Origin: Daphnia carinata
Taxonomy: Eukaryota
Length of the DNA stretch: 64,000 nucleotides
Direction of reading: 5' to 3'
Assembly (NCBI RefSeq): GCF_022539665.2
Contig: NC_081333.1
Location: 12,276,001-12,340,000 of the forward strand
Part shown: positions 36,501 through 51,558 of the stretch, one piece after another
Position numbering within the stretch: position 1 is the stretch's first letter
How the letters are laid out: every line of letters begins with the position of its first letter
Program-made: the position numbers and the translations under genes
Notes under the pieces: generated by a model
The model's database searches: none
What the model was told of the DNA's origin: nothing
What the model saw: the letters and a program-made list of their open reading frames with translations, nothing else

Positions 36501-39500
36501 AACATAGCCGCCATCCAGCGGCGGAAGGCGGAGGACATCGTTCCGTTCTACACCCCCGCCTATCGCGTGCCATCCGCAACAGTATTTAACGCACATTTAC
36601 ATGTTCAGGTGGCAGACGCATTTTCATTCATTGCTTTGAAATTAGAAGGGATCATTTACGGTTGAAATTACTAAAGGTATCATTAACGAAAGTTCGCGAA
36701 ATTGCTTCGTTACATGTACGCAATTGTAAATAAAACGTTAGTGGTACTAGCTAAAGGTCGCGTGACAACTGAGAGGCGTGGACGAAAACCCCACGGTGGT
36801 TTTTCGTGTAATCGAAAGCAATTGACAATATAACTTGGCGCTTTCTTAGTTTTAAAACATGTAGCAGACCTTAAACTACCGAGACTAGTGATTTTAGCTT
36901 ATTTTTATGCACTGTTATGCAACTAGCTAATAGTCAATGAATCGCGGTTACATAGATAATTCTTAACGGTTTCTAGCTAACCTTGCTTTGAACACGAGAC
37001 TCCTCCTTTTGGGCTGCTCTAGCTGAAGTTGAACCATCTCCTGGAGCTGGCCAGCTGTGAAAAGACGAACAGAGTAGTGTTTGCTTTCGATCCATGTCTT
37101 AAGCACAAGCACAAGCACACACTTGAAAGCCATTTGTAACGTGTTTGCATAGGAGCAAAGCAAAACGAATCCTTTACGTGTTCACGACACAAATGAAAGG
37201 CTAGTTGGCAAACTCTTACCACTAGCGCTTGAACTGTCACAGGCACATGCATTTGAGACAACACTTGTTCTTAGGACGACACGAACTGAACTGCTGGGGG
37301 GCGGCACGTGTTTCGTTTAGCAAAATTTCAAAGGGCACCTTGAGGTAGAGGTAGAGTAATGAAAAACTGCCACGTAAAGGAGAAAAAAGGCGGTCAACGA
37401 TGGACTTTTGATCCCCCTTCCCTCTATTCCTGCTTCCTGGAACTGTCAAAACAAAAAAGGTAATGAAAAAACAATTAGCTGTGCCGATGGGCTAACTGAA
37501 AAACAACCACTTGAGGCGATAAAACAGGTGAGACTTAAACCCAATGAACACCGCCTGCCTATACGTCACTTTGAAAATTCGCCATTTGAAAAAAATAATT
37601 CGGTTAGTTGCCTCTTCACAATGCACGCAACCTACGTTAACAAACTACACGAAGACCGTACAAAAAGAAAATTAGTATATACATAAAAACTCTAAGTGAA
37701 TAAATTTTGGCTAAGCTTAAATTCGAATAGCGTCACGAAAATTACGTGTCATGAATGCGGTTTCGTTCCAGCCGCTGAAAATATCAAATAATTATTAATT
37801 ATTATTCAATTTAATCAAAATTAGAAAAGCAAAGCCCAGTTATTGCAGTGGTTGCATGGCCCACTTGAAATTTCCCTTTAAAATAACCGCCGTGGAGACT
37901 TGAACATAAGGCATATAGAACGGCATTCCTACGCCATACCGCCGAGCCATCTCCTATGCAAAAGGTGTAAATAAGCTCCTTATTTATACAGGTGATCCAA
38001 AAGAAATGTTTTGTTGGAGTGTGCGGACCTGGCACAGTGGCTATCGCCATTCCCTTGTAATCAGTTTCCCCAGGTTCGGTTCCCGCCACCTCCAATTGCC
38101 AAATTCCACGCCCTACTCCTCCTCCCTCCTCCACGCCCTCCCTCCCATTGTATTCATACATGTTACGTCATCAAGTCATCTTCAACGAAGATATTCATCA
38201 AGAACTATGGCCTAAAAAGGCCAGCTAAAAATACTACCACATTACAAGAAAACAAACAATACTACACGTATGACACTCACAACAACTCAACACGTATACA
38301 GACGTTTCACAACTACACGTTGAAGATCGACCACGTAGGTAGAGAAGAGATAATCGTAGCTTGTAGGTTGTTGGTAAGTCTCCCTATGGCCACTAGGTTC
38401 ATGGATGCAGGCAGCTAATCGTCGGGCTATGTGACCCTCTTCAATACCCGTAAGTTTTTTGTTGGTTGTGACTGTATCTACCACCACACTACCACCGACA
38501 CCCGCAATTCTTTTTCCCATACACAACATATCTACGAATAGTGTTGTATAATAAATAAATTGTAATCTAGTATTCTATAACAGTGCATTACATAACATCG
38601 TTTGGCACAAATGCTTTGGGTAGCGCTGGCATGTTTTCTGTCTATGCTTTTGAAGGCTTCCGTAGGCATAAGTTTCCATCATGGGCGGTAGAAGCGGTCA
38701 TAAGAGATAAGGCTGAATTTCTCTTTGAACGCCTTGTTTTGGAACACTGTGCGCCATCCGTTGGTTTCTCTAACATGGTTGATGGTTGCCAATACAGCAA
38801 GGCTATCGTTTGTGCTACCTTCAACTAGATGGCATACATCTCCATATAAGGTTCGTTTCCCGAACGCTATTCCGGGCGGATTCATAACCGCACGGAACAA
38901 TAATGCAGCAGCACCATATGGGTCGTACCGTCGATAGCAACAGCGGCAAACGGAATGGGCTACTTCTGGTAAGTTATTCGGTCGGTAGCTTTAAAAATTC
39001 AAGCGACAAAACTATTTATGGGACGTGAGAACGCGACGTTCCCAAATAAAAATGTATGAATGTCGCAGGTTCACAAACATTTTTTTTGCAAGAATGATAT
39101 GTAAAAACGAGAAGAATATGATGATAAGCAACCCCTCTCCCCCCCACTGACTCAATCGATTTTAAATTCTAGTTACGTTCCCGAGGCCCATTTGTATCAT
39201 GCGAATGCAGCCCACCCGAAATGTGGCATGGTCAATATTTGCATAATGGCTCCGATTTATGAGTAGCCAACTGGCAGAAAACAAATCACCCGTCTTCTAA
39301 ATTCAGGTTCTTTCGTTTTTCTTCTACGTCTTCTTCTACCAAAACACATAGCCCGTCACCGTCCGTTAAATTTTCCATCCAATTTCGGCGAAAAAGTCTC
39401 CGACAATTTCATCAGTTTCATCGTCCGTCTTGACTTTATAGAGAGAATAAAGTCAACCGAAAAAGGAACTAAACAAAGCGGCCAGAAATGAAAAAAGAAA

Positions 39501-42500
39501 AAAAAAACTGAGGGCACAAAGGCAAACAAAACACCGAAAGCAGCAAACAAAATAAAAAGAGCCCGTTTGCACCATTTTCTTTTGTTCGTCCAAACAATAG
39601 TTGAGCCAAACTTTAGAGAAATGCGGCACTGGCTTGCGCATACTTTTTTTTTTTTAAATAATTATCTGATTGAACCAGAATGATGCCGGTACAAAAGAAT
39701 TTACGGATCTTGGGGACCGGACTCGTTTTCTGCTGGAAAAAGACCTGCAAACAACAAAAATAATAACCAAAATTAACGTAAAGCCGATGGAACAAAACAG
39801 TTGCACATGTGCAACGGGAGTTGTAATGCTCTTAACAAAAATAGTTTTCCTATTTGTTTCCGGAAGCGAAGTTATGGTAACTTGTGTCGCTCAGGCATAG
39901 CAACATACTGGCAATGCTCCTCCGTTCACGTAAAAATTAGCTACAGTCGTCTCTGGTTCCATAGTCTGAGCTACTTAACATCATGTTACGTATTCATTTA
40001 CAAAGCCCCGAAGTTGAAGAAAACGACAGACGTCAGCAGCAAATAGCAGTGACCATTTTTCACGGCTTACAAGACGCGCACCGACATTTCAAACCTAGAT
40101 TTTAAAATGGAAAGTAAACTTTGAAATACTGACGTCATTGCTTGAAACTTACTCTTGTTTGTGCCAGCATTATTCATGCAGAGAGTTATTGAAACACGAA
40201 ATTATATTTCTGCTGTATCCTCAATTTTTTATCAAGGTGGAGCTTCTGTAAGGATAGCAAAATTATTGATTATCGAGAGGGAAACAAGGATAAAATTACC
40301 TCCCGCACATACGTCAAACTAGGAACAATGAAAGTATATCGCAAAGTGGATTCCTTGAAAGCTAAATGAGTGCAATTTCCCGACATTCTTCGAAGTGTCA
40401 CATTAGCAATTTCTCTTTGGAGTAGCTGCACGGTGAGGAATGTCCAATTGCCTCTTGTCAACACGCTCTGATAAGCGCGTTTGCCACGGGGAATCTGCGT
40501 CGTTGTTTGATAAAAACGGCAATCGGGTTACAGTTTACCAGAACGAAATACCCAAACTTACATTCATTTACCTTTTACGTGTTTCAATTTAATTTGAAAA
40601 ACAAAAATACCAGGCGTCTCTGTTGTTCAAGTTTTTCTTATGCGACGTCTCTTGCGTGTTTTGGGGAGGTCAAAATCCCAATGAAATTCGAATAGGAGAA
40701 CAACATTTATTCATTAATAATAATAAAAAAATATCGGCTACTTGTCAACGGCCATGTTACCTGGAAACATGAACGCTCAGTTATAATAGACTTGGTACGG
40801 AGAGTTGCACGACATGTCGATATTCAATTACATTCTCTACTAAATTGGGAGCACACGCACGTTAACATGATCCGACTTTGTGCGTCCCACCGCACGTGTC
40901 ACATTGTCCCGTATAGAACGTGAGTAATAATTCCTCCGACCAACTATAAGTTTAACGGCACTACTTCTTTGGACTTCTTCTGATACTGAATCTGTAACAG
41001 TATCCCACTCAAAACAGGATTGAGGGATTTTTATTTGATTTTTTGTTTTTGGCTCTGAATGCGGATGAAACACGCTCTACTTCACAGTTGCAAAGGAGAA
41101 AACAAAGCCTGGACGTTGTTCCTCGAACGGTCACGTAATATGCTGGGCAGTATGAAATTTTCATTGAAAATTCGTGCTTGAAGGCAAGCAAAAGAACTTC
41201 ACGATATCCATAAGAGCTGGGCCCATTCAAATGCCATGAAAGAAAAATGGACTTCATTGAAGCATATACTGTTCACGTTGTAACCTGCGTGGGCGTAGTA
41301 AGTCAACAGCCTTGACTGATTGCAAATTGTGTTTTTGAGAGGTTGAAAATATACCTTCAGACCCATCGGTTTTCCCTTTTGTATACGCTTTAACTCAGCT
41401 TGGCTACCGTCCAAATGTTTCGTTTCTGAACGAATCTTAAATGACGTAGTACGCTGGGAGTCGTAACCTTTCTTTCTTGCGATAACGCAAGACTTTGTGT
41501 TTACATCGCAACTTGGAATGCCGACGCCAAACATCAGAGAAATGCTTTCAAATGATACGAGAAAAAGTTGGACGGTTTATTGGGCGAATGAATGGAACGA
41601 CTTTACGTAAATCCTCGCTTGTGCCATTTAGAAAAAGTCAATTATTGATAAACGACCCACCCACCAACTACTTCACGATTCCTCCTATTCTTCCGCGCTG
41701 ATAAACTTAAGCTTCGTGTTTTCTTTTTTGTTTGGGGATTTTATTTCTCCTACGTGCTGACCAGAGACAAATGGTTCATTCGTCTAGCTGATATTAGCTG
41801 TCAATTTGTTATCCTTTTTTTGGTTGGAAAAGAACAATAGCTCTTCGTCTGTATACATTGTTTTGGCCGTGACAAATGATACATTTCGCTATTTCTTTTT
41901 TCCTTTTTTACTCGCTCCCTTTGATTAGCAGCGCAAGTCAGCTCTTTTTTGCGTCTGCAGGCACCAAGAGCTACGTAGGTATCGATTTGTGCGCTGGAAA
42001 GAAAAACACACGAAATATCGACCCGCTCGTGCTCGTCACTTGCCACCTTTCAACATTAGAAACATGTTTCAACTGCGGGCCAGCGTTCAATCGCTGTCAG
42101 GTACGGCAATCCGAACGGATTTATTTCAACAACGGGAAGCCGTTGCCAGACTTTTTCTTATTTCTAGTCTTCATTTGATGATTAGTTCCATCTACCCACG
42201 TCCGCGGATGCAAACGCAAACGCAAAAAAAAAAAAAAATTCATAGAAAGTTTGGCTCGAGAACGATCGGCTGGAACATGCCATGTTCTATTTAGCTAGAT
42301 GGATGATGTTTTGAAGAATTTTAAAAAGAAACCCAAGAAAAGAGCGTATAGCTAACAACAATTTGCGGCCTGCCGCTGCCGTTTTTATGTGCCTTCAAAA
42401 TCGGCGTCGGGGGGTAGTTGGGGAAGACGCGCAACCGGTATAAACTTGCGCACGCTTTCCTCTTTTCCGCTTACATATATAGAATATAATGACTTAGAAG

Positions 42501-44017
42501 AAGATGGAGAGCGACCAGTAAAATCTAATCAGGCCGCCAGCCGAGCACAGTTCCAAGGTCTTAAGAAAGAGACGTGCCGAGCTTGGGATCTATCAAGTTC
42601 CGCAATCTTGTGCAGGCCCCCCCAATTTTGGCAGTTTTTTTTTTTTTTTTTTTTTCAAAGCAAAACTTTTTTTTTTTTTTTTGGGGGGGGGGGGGGGGGG
42701 TTTCGCTGCGCCAGTCAACGAGAATCGACTTTCCCATTCGTATTCATCAGCAAAGATGACTAACACGCCCGTCCCGTCATGTGCGCGGTATACGTGCGAC
42801 GTGTGCACCTAACTAAGCAGTGAATGATTGAGCGAGCAAACTGAGTGTCAAGCAAACTAAATGATGATGGTCTGAGAGTAATACGTAAAAATCTCATCTT
42901 CATCCCTCTTGTCCCCTAAAAAAAAGTTCTGTAACACTTTCGACATAACGAGATAGATGAACGCGTGTCAGCTCATTAGTATTTTGTAGAGTTGTTGCTA
43001 TGACAGCAATAATCACGTAAGGCGCCCCTTCCGTTTGGGAAAATGTAATGCATTCCCGTACTGTCCAATTTCAATTACACTCTTCATGTTTCCCTTTTTT
43101 TTTCGAATTCGAATTCGGCTTGGCTAAATGATGGGAGATCTAGCAACAGATGGAGAATAATTTCCGAAGTTTTTTTTTGGTACTCCATTCGGCTGCAATC
43201 ATTGCCAACATTCAGACAAGTTCTTGGATCGCACTCCAAAGTCGATTCGGACTTGATTCGGCTTTTCGCCGGCTGTGACTGAATATTCACTTTGCTAGTG
43301 AACATCCGGCTCTGATCTTTGTAACCAATTACCAAAGTTAGTTCCGTTTCCGATTTGCCCCGTAAATCATCATATCCCGCGCACGACCCTTTACACCGGA
43401 AACCGGATGAATAAAGGCACCTAGCATTTCCATTAAGGGCCGTGTATATTAGATAATTTGCTTTATCGACAGTAAAAAGAAACATGGAATCAAACAAAAA
43501 AAGGGTGTGTAGAATAAAAGACGAAGGATATTTAAATAGTACCAACTGCTTCCCAAACGATCAAAAAAAATTAAATATTCAAAAAACCTAGAGCAAAAAT
43601 AAATGGGCCGATTAAGTAATACGTGTGGACAAATTGGGGAGTTCCACCGTACAAAGGCACAATTTTTGTTCAGCGCTTCTGATTTCAACATCACTTTCAT
43701 TTGCTTTGGGAGGGAAGTTTGGGAAGCTAAAAGGCACATAATGGAAGCCAAAAAGACCGAAAATGAAATTACATTCTCGGTTGGATTCACTTCGTACGAA
43801 CCCCGTAAGAAGAAATACATTTGAAAAAAAAAATGATATAGAGCTGAAAAATGAAATTGCGTTAAAATCCGAACTCGTTCAATTGTTGCCTCTGCATTAC
43901 TGTTTGAAATCAATCGAAACTGGGGCATATAGTAAAAAACCAAGACAGCGAGAGACGAATATGTGGAAAGGCAAGAAAGAAAAACAAAAAAAAAATAAAG
44001 ACTGAATTTAAGAACAA

Positions 44018-44840
44018 TCACAGCTCCCGGACGCCGGTTCCGTAGTTGGCACCGCCCGCCTTGTGGACGGCCTCGCGGAAGAACTCGTAGTTTAGCTCAT
44101 CGGCCGTCTCGATTTGCAACTCAACAGCGAAATTCTGCACGACGAAAACAATGAACAGAAAACAATAAAAATTCCATTCAAAATACGAGACTCTCGTGCG
44201 TGTTGGATCTGAGAAGCAATGCGCAAGTTCAACTCATTCAATCAAAATCCCCCGCCACCTTATAACCCAAAAAATGCTTCACGTTCACTACGTATTTTAT
44301 GTTACTGCCGTTACAATCAAAGCGATCGACATCTTCCATCTCTGTCTCTCTTTTAGCTTTTGCGCTTCTAGTCGGCTTCAACCGACTATCGATAACCGTG
44401 AAAGCAAAACGGAACGGACAGAGCGAGTTGTTGTGCTAGGTTCTTTTTTGTGATTGATTAATATATATACCATGATGATTTCCTTGACGAGAGCCTTGTC
44501 GCTGCTGAGCCGAGCTCGCTTCATCGTGCTGACGTTGGGTCCCAGCCAAGTCACAAAGAGGAACTTGGTCCGCTTGCTCATCTCGTCACCGCTCTGCAAT
44601 GGCAACAATAACAAACAACGCGATGAAGGTAAAAGATCAGCATCGGCTTTTGAAATCACAGAGAATGCCTTCGGAAAATGTGTTTTAAAATGTGGTTTTA
44701 AAATGTTTACTTGAATGCGGACAAATCCAAATGCGCGTTCATCATCGACAAACTGAGTTCGAAAGTCAGCGAAATCGCTTCCTACGGCCTTGCTGCAGAT
44801 CTGGTTGCCCTCGAATTGGAACACCGCCCTAGCAGAGATT

Positions 44841-44871
<31 letters not shown>

Positions 44872-46695
44872 GAAAAAAGATTTCGAGTTGATGTGATATC
44901 CGTGTACGAATGCTAATTTGCATGAGTTAATATGTGTCAGTTCTTCATGTTTAATCGCTTTAGATTGTTGATGTTGTCCCATTTGTCCGTTGTGTTTCCT
45001 GTGGGTTTACACCATTCGACCGCAAATGAAATGATGCAACGGCCGAACCAAAAACAAAGAGAGAGAAGAAAGAAACTATCGCACTATATCAAAAGCGTCG
45101 ATGTGGAAAGCGGAAAAGGAAGTAAAGCCAGCGCTCAACGATAAGAGGAAAAAAAAATCCCAACTTTTCGTGTTTTTTTTGGCTTTGCCTTTGCGTTTTT
45201 GGCTGCCCTTCTCACGGCCCCCCTCCCCTTTTTTTTGCATCCATGTTCAACTCCGGAATCCCAATTCGATTGAGCAGCGGAAGGGATGTGCGATTTTTTT
45301 TATTGCCTTTTGTTTTTACCAAAAGTTAGGACGCACAAAGTATTCAGTTAGCCGAAGCCGGACAACCAGTGAACGATCAAGCCGGAAATGTTTTCACGAA
45401 CACTCACGATCGAATAATAATAAGTACCACCTCTATTTTCCCACCGTATGCTGTGCGCAGCACTGCAGTGCCAAACATAATCAAATATCAAAGAAGAACC
45501 ACCCAATGAGGTAATTAGATGCCCACCTGTTGTCAAAGCTGTCCCAGCAAAATGCAAATTATATTGAACGATGAAAAATCAAAAGCAACTAGTTCATCAA
45601 GTTCAATTGTTTGTTGATGAAACGAGTTTAACTCGCATATCCATGCAAAATCATTTACCTTCAGGGTAAATCTGATACAAGGTTCAAGATGCAATTGCAT
45701 CAGACGGCTGTTCTACTAGATAAAGCAATGAATCTTGCGCTTATGACGGGAAGATTGTATGGCAATTAACGCCATTTCAAGATCGCGTTCGTGAAAACAA
45801 TGTTCCATGCTCGTCCCATTAGCCGTGCATGTCTGTGTAAAATTACGAGCTCGACGGTAACAGTGATCCCGAGATCAACGTACCCAAATATTACGGATCG
45901 TGAGCATTTTCGGTGTTGAGTTCTCAATGACGTCCATCACGAGAGGCAATATTTTCATCCCGAGACGACTACAACGCCGCGAGAAAGGCCATCAGAATTA
46001 ATGTGAACAATAAAGAAAAGCAACAGGTGGTAGAGTACGTTCACAGCGAAGCCACTGAACGCTGGCCGCAAACAAAAACAAAAAATCCATGAAAACAATG
46101 AAGAATTTTGGAAGGAAAACGTATCAAACAAAAGGTTCGTGTGAACAGATTCTTTGAGCCTGAAGGGTTCAAATAAAAACGCTTTTCATTGATTACAGTA
46201 AGCGAGAGTCAAATGATGCATCATATTTGATTCGAAACAGTTAAATTAAAAAAAAAAAAGTTAAACAGGATGTAATCGAGGAAAAAGGAAATGATGTCGT
46301 TTAAAAATCACGTTGTTTCACGCAAGTGTGAACCACTAGCCGCCTGTTGCCAGGGCCAGTCTTCTCTCACAAGTAAGTACGTCGATTAAATTGCAGCACA
46401 CGTAATCTAGGCTACTTCGACCTCGTTTTTCACTCACAAAAGATCTCACTTGACAGGGATTTTTAATCCATCGGGGTTAAGGTGCCGATTTAACGACCGG
46501 AGGTAAAATATGATAAGTATACATCAACCTCGAAATGAATAGAAAACAGAGCGTGGGACGCGTGCAAAGTATTTCAAGGAAAAACAGCGAGAAAATGTAA
46601 TGTAAACAAGAGTACCAATTCGTTTCGGTGAAGTCTGAGCGGACGTCGTTGTAAGATTCTCGAACACTCTGACGATCGATGTGGGTCTCCAGCGT
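44018..46695 (-). CDS. COTL1: Coactosin-like protein (ADF-H actin-binding domain); start exon lies further upstream and is uncertain
   Basis: Exons 46695-46616 (TLETHIDRQSVRESYNDVRSDFTETNW), 44828-44711 (AVFQFEGNQI...DDERAFGFVRIQ), 44593-44471 (SGDEMSKRTKFLFVTWLGPNVSTMKRARLSSDKALVKEIIM) and 44134-44018 (NFAVELQ...KAGGANYGTGVREL*) splice in frame. GDEMSKR and AGGANY are coactosin hallmarks. Confidence 0.92.
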
Positions 46696-48934
46696 CTAAA
46701 ATAACAAACGAAAAAAAAAGAAGAAATGCTGTTTAAATTCAAAACTAAATTTCATCCGTTGTGGAGGGGCTAGCAGTTTTAAACAACAAGAAAATACAAT
46801 CATCTAAGAGCAAAACATGAGACAGGGTGTGCAAACTTATTTGTTTTTTCCATCTATTACCCTGGAAACCTTAACTACTTTCAGGATGGTACTCCGGGCG
46901 GAATGCAAAGTCGTGCGCATCTGTTAACACTGTTAGACCTGCTTTTTTTTTTGTTCCCCGGTAGTGTATCTATTGTGAACCAACTCATACGGGAAACAGG
47001 ATTAATCCGTCCCACTTTATCACACGTTCCGGTTGTCGACAAAAGAAAAAAAAAGAGAACTTAAATAAAATCAGGGTACAATGATGGTCGTGTTCTGGAC
47101 CACCCGTAATAGGTTACGTGACACACAGGAGTTGGGTTTTGTTATAAAAACCCGAATTAAAAATAAGATGACAGATGGTCTTGAGAAAAAAAAAAAGAGG
47201 TGGAAATGGTGGACAGACGACAAGCGTAACATTTGAGCCAAGCAAAACGAGTTCCAGGCACGAAAGGTTATTGGAACAAGGTATTAGAAACAGACGTGTT
47301 ATTGCACTTCACGTCCATCGGGAGATCGTGAAACTTACACGCTGAAAGTCGCTGACAATCCCGACAGAATCAGGCTACATCAGACACGGGAAAATCAAAT
47401 AACATGTTATAGATTTAAAGTCAAAAGCAGAAAGGAGATGGAGGTCATATAAACTAGACTGTGTAACCTCTAAATATTAGCACGCCACGCAAATGAAATA
47501 AGAGAAGAAACGGGATGAAAAACTGAAGAATGTTATGAATTCAGAATTAAAATTAAAAACCCCAGGAAAAAAAAAAAACGTTCGATTCACTTGGAATGAC
47601 ACGATTTTCCCAAGCAGGAATTTGTAGATTCAAAAATTCTATTTTTTTATTTACATTTAGAAAAACCCCCTGGAGTTGAGTACACCCGACATTTTGTGAT
47701 GGACACAGTCCGGAACAGACGCAAAGAGCATGAAATCAATTCGGACGAAAAACATTAACGGAAGGAAACAAAAGAATACAACAAAAAAAAAAACGGGAGT
47801 ATTTCTAAAACATATGGTGAGGCTAAATAAAAAAGAATCTCATAACTGTAATTGTTTGTTGAAAATAGTTGCCAATCTATTGCCTTTCCTGCTGTTGCCA
47901 AGTGCTTTCGGCACACAGAGTCCCATCATTTGCAATAACGGTCGAACAAAGCATCGTTGAATTATTCAAATTGACTTTACTTATTCAAGAAACTTTTTTT
48001 TTTTAACAAAAATTAAACCTTAAATTGCAAAATAGTTTTGCTTAGCGAACTGGAAAAGGTTCCCATTCCATGCCAACCCGCCATGAATTTATGAAAAAGG
48101 CGTGAAGTCTGGGAACAAAATCAGAAAAACACCAGCGGGGCTATTTAATACCTGTGCGGTCATTACCTTGCCCCCTTCGCGAAAAGAAAAAGCCACTTTC
48201 AAAGCATACTATTCTTTTTATGTTACTTCTCCCCCCACCTCCGTTAGCCTACCTTGAAAATGTCAACCATCGCCGTCTACCTCCATTTTCTTTTCGTCTC
48301 ATGATTTTCAAATTAAAAAAAAAGGACGCGTGACGGTCAAAGCCTCAATAAAAAAAAAAAATGGCACAAGTACACGGACCAATGATTCGAAAACTGTTCT
48401 ACCTTATTGCGAAGACTAACACGGCTGTTATTTTCTCTGGTGAACATGGTGGACATGAAGTTGGTCGCAATTATCGAATTTTGGAGGCAGCAAAATTTGG
48501 AACACAAACACCGACGTATGAACAGAAAGACACTCGAGACACACTGTGAAACAACGTCCTTTTTGTTTTGTTCTCCTTTCACCACGAAAAATAATAAAAA
48601 ATGACCAACTCGAGAGAAATCGAAACTCAAGATGTTGCAGCTCGCACGAGAATGTTAAGTCGATTCGTGGACGTAATGGCCCAGACGAACGGCAATGTGA
48701 GACTTGAAAGGAAGGGGGGGGGGGGATTGGAAGAGAAGGCTGCTTCACTATCGATGTAGTCGATTGTGCCAGAGAGTGGAATCGAGCGCAAAGTGATAAG
48801 AGCAAAAAGCCAAACGCGTCGGCTTCGATGGGATCTCGAGAATGGCTCACTCGTCGAGAGTAAATCCTACTGCTAAAACATTTTTCTTTTGTCTGACGCT
48901 GAGTGACGCTGCCACCGGGACCTGTCGCTTTCTG

Positions 48935-48967
<33 letters not shown>

Positions 48968-51526
48968 TCGACAATTTCAAGTTCTCTCTACCACATCCTT
49001 TGGCTATGTTTCCTTGCCTACTGAACCCCCCCCCCCCCCTCGCGTACACGCAACAATCGGAAGGGCAAACCATTGCGGGAAAAACCACGACGGTCGCGCC
49101 ATGTTTCTGTTAAATCTATTCAACCCCACCCTAGTCACCACTATTTAAATGTTACCTTGCCTCTCTTTTCAAATCCGCCCTTCATTGTTTGCCTTTTTTC
49201 ATCTCATCTGAACGCATTCGGTTCGGTTCGTCATTTGTTTTTTGTTTTTTTTTAGTGTGGAAGGGGGGGAGATCAGTTGTTGCCTCCCTTTCCGTTTCGG
49301 CTGTCAACATCAGGAAATCCGACTTCTCGTTTTCAATGAGTTGTTCATCATCTCATTAATTCAGATGGCTGTCCGCCCGTTCTATACCTAATGCGGTTTT
49401 TGTTCTTTTATTTCAATGTGTAATAATCATTTTCACTGGCGCAGTTAATAAACCTAGTTTTCAAAGTAAAGAGGAGGGTACAGTCCTATCCGAGTTTCTA
49501 GCAACAGGATACATCACATGTAAACCTGCCGAAATGCGTTGGTTTCAAACAAACGAGCCGCTGACATCATGTCGTAACCACCGCTTTTTTTTTAAATTTA
49601 ATAGTATGACATGATTATTATGTCTTGAAACATTAAACGTAGTCATAATAACTAGAAACCTTTGTGTGATTATTACATGATCCTGTCGACATTGCATAGA
49701 ATAGTTCCATCGACTGTAATAAGGACAGAATAACAAAGTACAAAGGTAAATAATCAATAAAATTCTTACCAGGTAGGAAGGCAGGACATTGTTAGCGACT
49801 GAAGTCATTCTTGAATTGATTAAACTCGGGGGTGGGTTCGGATGAAAAGAGCAAATGAACAATTGCTGCGTGCTGGCCAAAAATCAATGGCAATTCAGAT
49901 ATTCTTTTAGTGTTAGCTGCTTGAAGTCTTTATCGAGCGAGATGAAACGAGTTTGAATTAGTTTTTTTTTTTCAAATCGGAGCTCGCCAAGGTGCTTCTA
50001 GTGTAACTGCCGTGCAAGAGCGTTCGAAACTAACTGACGCTTTGCTTATTTTTCTGTTGCCGGTTTCAACTCCGTCAGTCCAATTCCCGATCTTCATGTT
50101 CGTGGGATACGCCAAGTGCAGACCAGAAATCTGTTGGTTTTTTTTTTTTTTTTCGTTCACTCGCCAGTGTCCGTTCTGCTTGGGGGAAAGAACAGAATGT
50201 ATATCATTCTCTTTTGGTTCGTTTCCTTCCTTCGGTTAGCTTCTCTTGCCCTTCTTCTTATTCTTCTTCTTCTTTTTTTTCCAGACTGATTCATTTTCTT
50301 TTCTCCTATCCGTTCTGCCTTATTTCGCTTCAACACAGAAGCTTCTCACAGAGAAAAAGGACACTGGACGATGGAGAGCAAAAATCCCGGGCCATCTGTT
50401 GCTTGCAGGCACGCAACCCGCTCTGTTCTCAACATGTCCTCCCCCAACGTTCCCGTTTCTTTCTGCGTGCTGAGAATGAAACAAATACACGCACAACAAA
50501 AAAAAAAGAGGATAAATCCATTGCACGGCTGTCTTAGTCTCGTTGCATGCGTTACTTTTACATTCACGTTGTTTCTATTTCATCTTCTAGTTCTAATGAT
50601 CTTTCCTGAGTATGGCCGTTGAAAGGAGCTGCCGGCTTTTAGCGTTCGGCCATCACGAGGAAGAGGAAGACGCTTCAAACACTGTTCGTGATGAATACAA
50701 AAAACAAAAATAAAGGACGTTTTGATTAACCACTAACGAGGTAAAAATACCATTGCTCATGGCCACTCGATTGCCTCATCAAGAACAAAAAACGCGAAGG
50801 ACATCGTAAGCCCATAGCCATGAGTCGTGACTATATCAATGATGGTACCTGAACATTCCGAATTCCAATGTTCAGTTAGCAACGCGACAATAATGAAATT
50901 CAATACGATTCGATGTGTACCTTCTTTATGATATCATTGGACAGACGGAAGGAGAGGGGGAATGATTTCCGATCTGCAAACTTCCCCGACGTAAACCATC
51001 TGCGCAGGATAATTAGAGTCACCGACATCATTTGCAACGGTGGCAATTGCTTCTCTAACCCGCAGTTCTTCATCGTCTTTTTACGCACGAGAAAAAAAAA
51101 AAGAAAGATTTAGGTTCTCCTTGTCTTGAAGGTATTTTCCATCGTAATCACGAAGCAAAAAAAAAAAAAAATTCGACACGATTCAAAAGTACAGGGAAGG
51201 GAAAAGAACGATCCCCTTCCATAAAGCCATGGAAGATTAGAGTGGGTGATCGTAAATTTCGTATGTTTCACATAGCGGTTTATTCGCATAACTTCACTCG
51301 ATTCTTCGGTTGGTAAATTTCGCCAACGGCTCACCATGTTCCATGATGTATTCGATCGCATAGCGGCTAAAAAAAAAAAAAAAAAAATCTAGTTTTCCAT
51401 CTGGTCTACATCTGGCTCTTAAAATTCGTCTCTCTTTTGCTGTCAAATGGTAGCCTTTAGACATTTAACGGTGCCTTGACTCGCTCTTTAACGATCCAAA
51501 ACGATAAATGCCGAGTCTCCTTAGCA

Positions 51527-51527
<1 letters not shown>

Positions 51528-51557
<30 letters not shown>
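51528..51557 (+). repeat. (CA)15 microsatellite
   Basis: Read directly from the sequence. Confidence 0.9.

Positions 51558-51558
<1 letters not shown>

Noticed and set aside
38161..38582. Possible solo LTR (TGTTA...AATAAA...TAACA)
   Set aside because: Flanks do not form a TSD (ATACA versus GTGCA), and there is no second copy, PBS or PPT in the window.
50990..51076. Minus-strand frame DDEELRVREAIATVANDVGDSNY, faintly like an ADF-H N-terminal helix
   Set aside because: Short, weak similarity, lacks the conserved Trp and has no convincing in-phase donor; likely chance.
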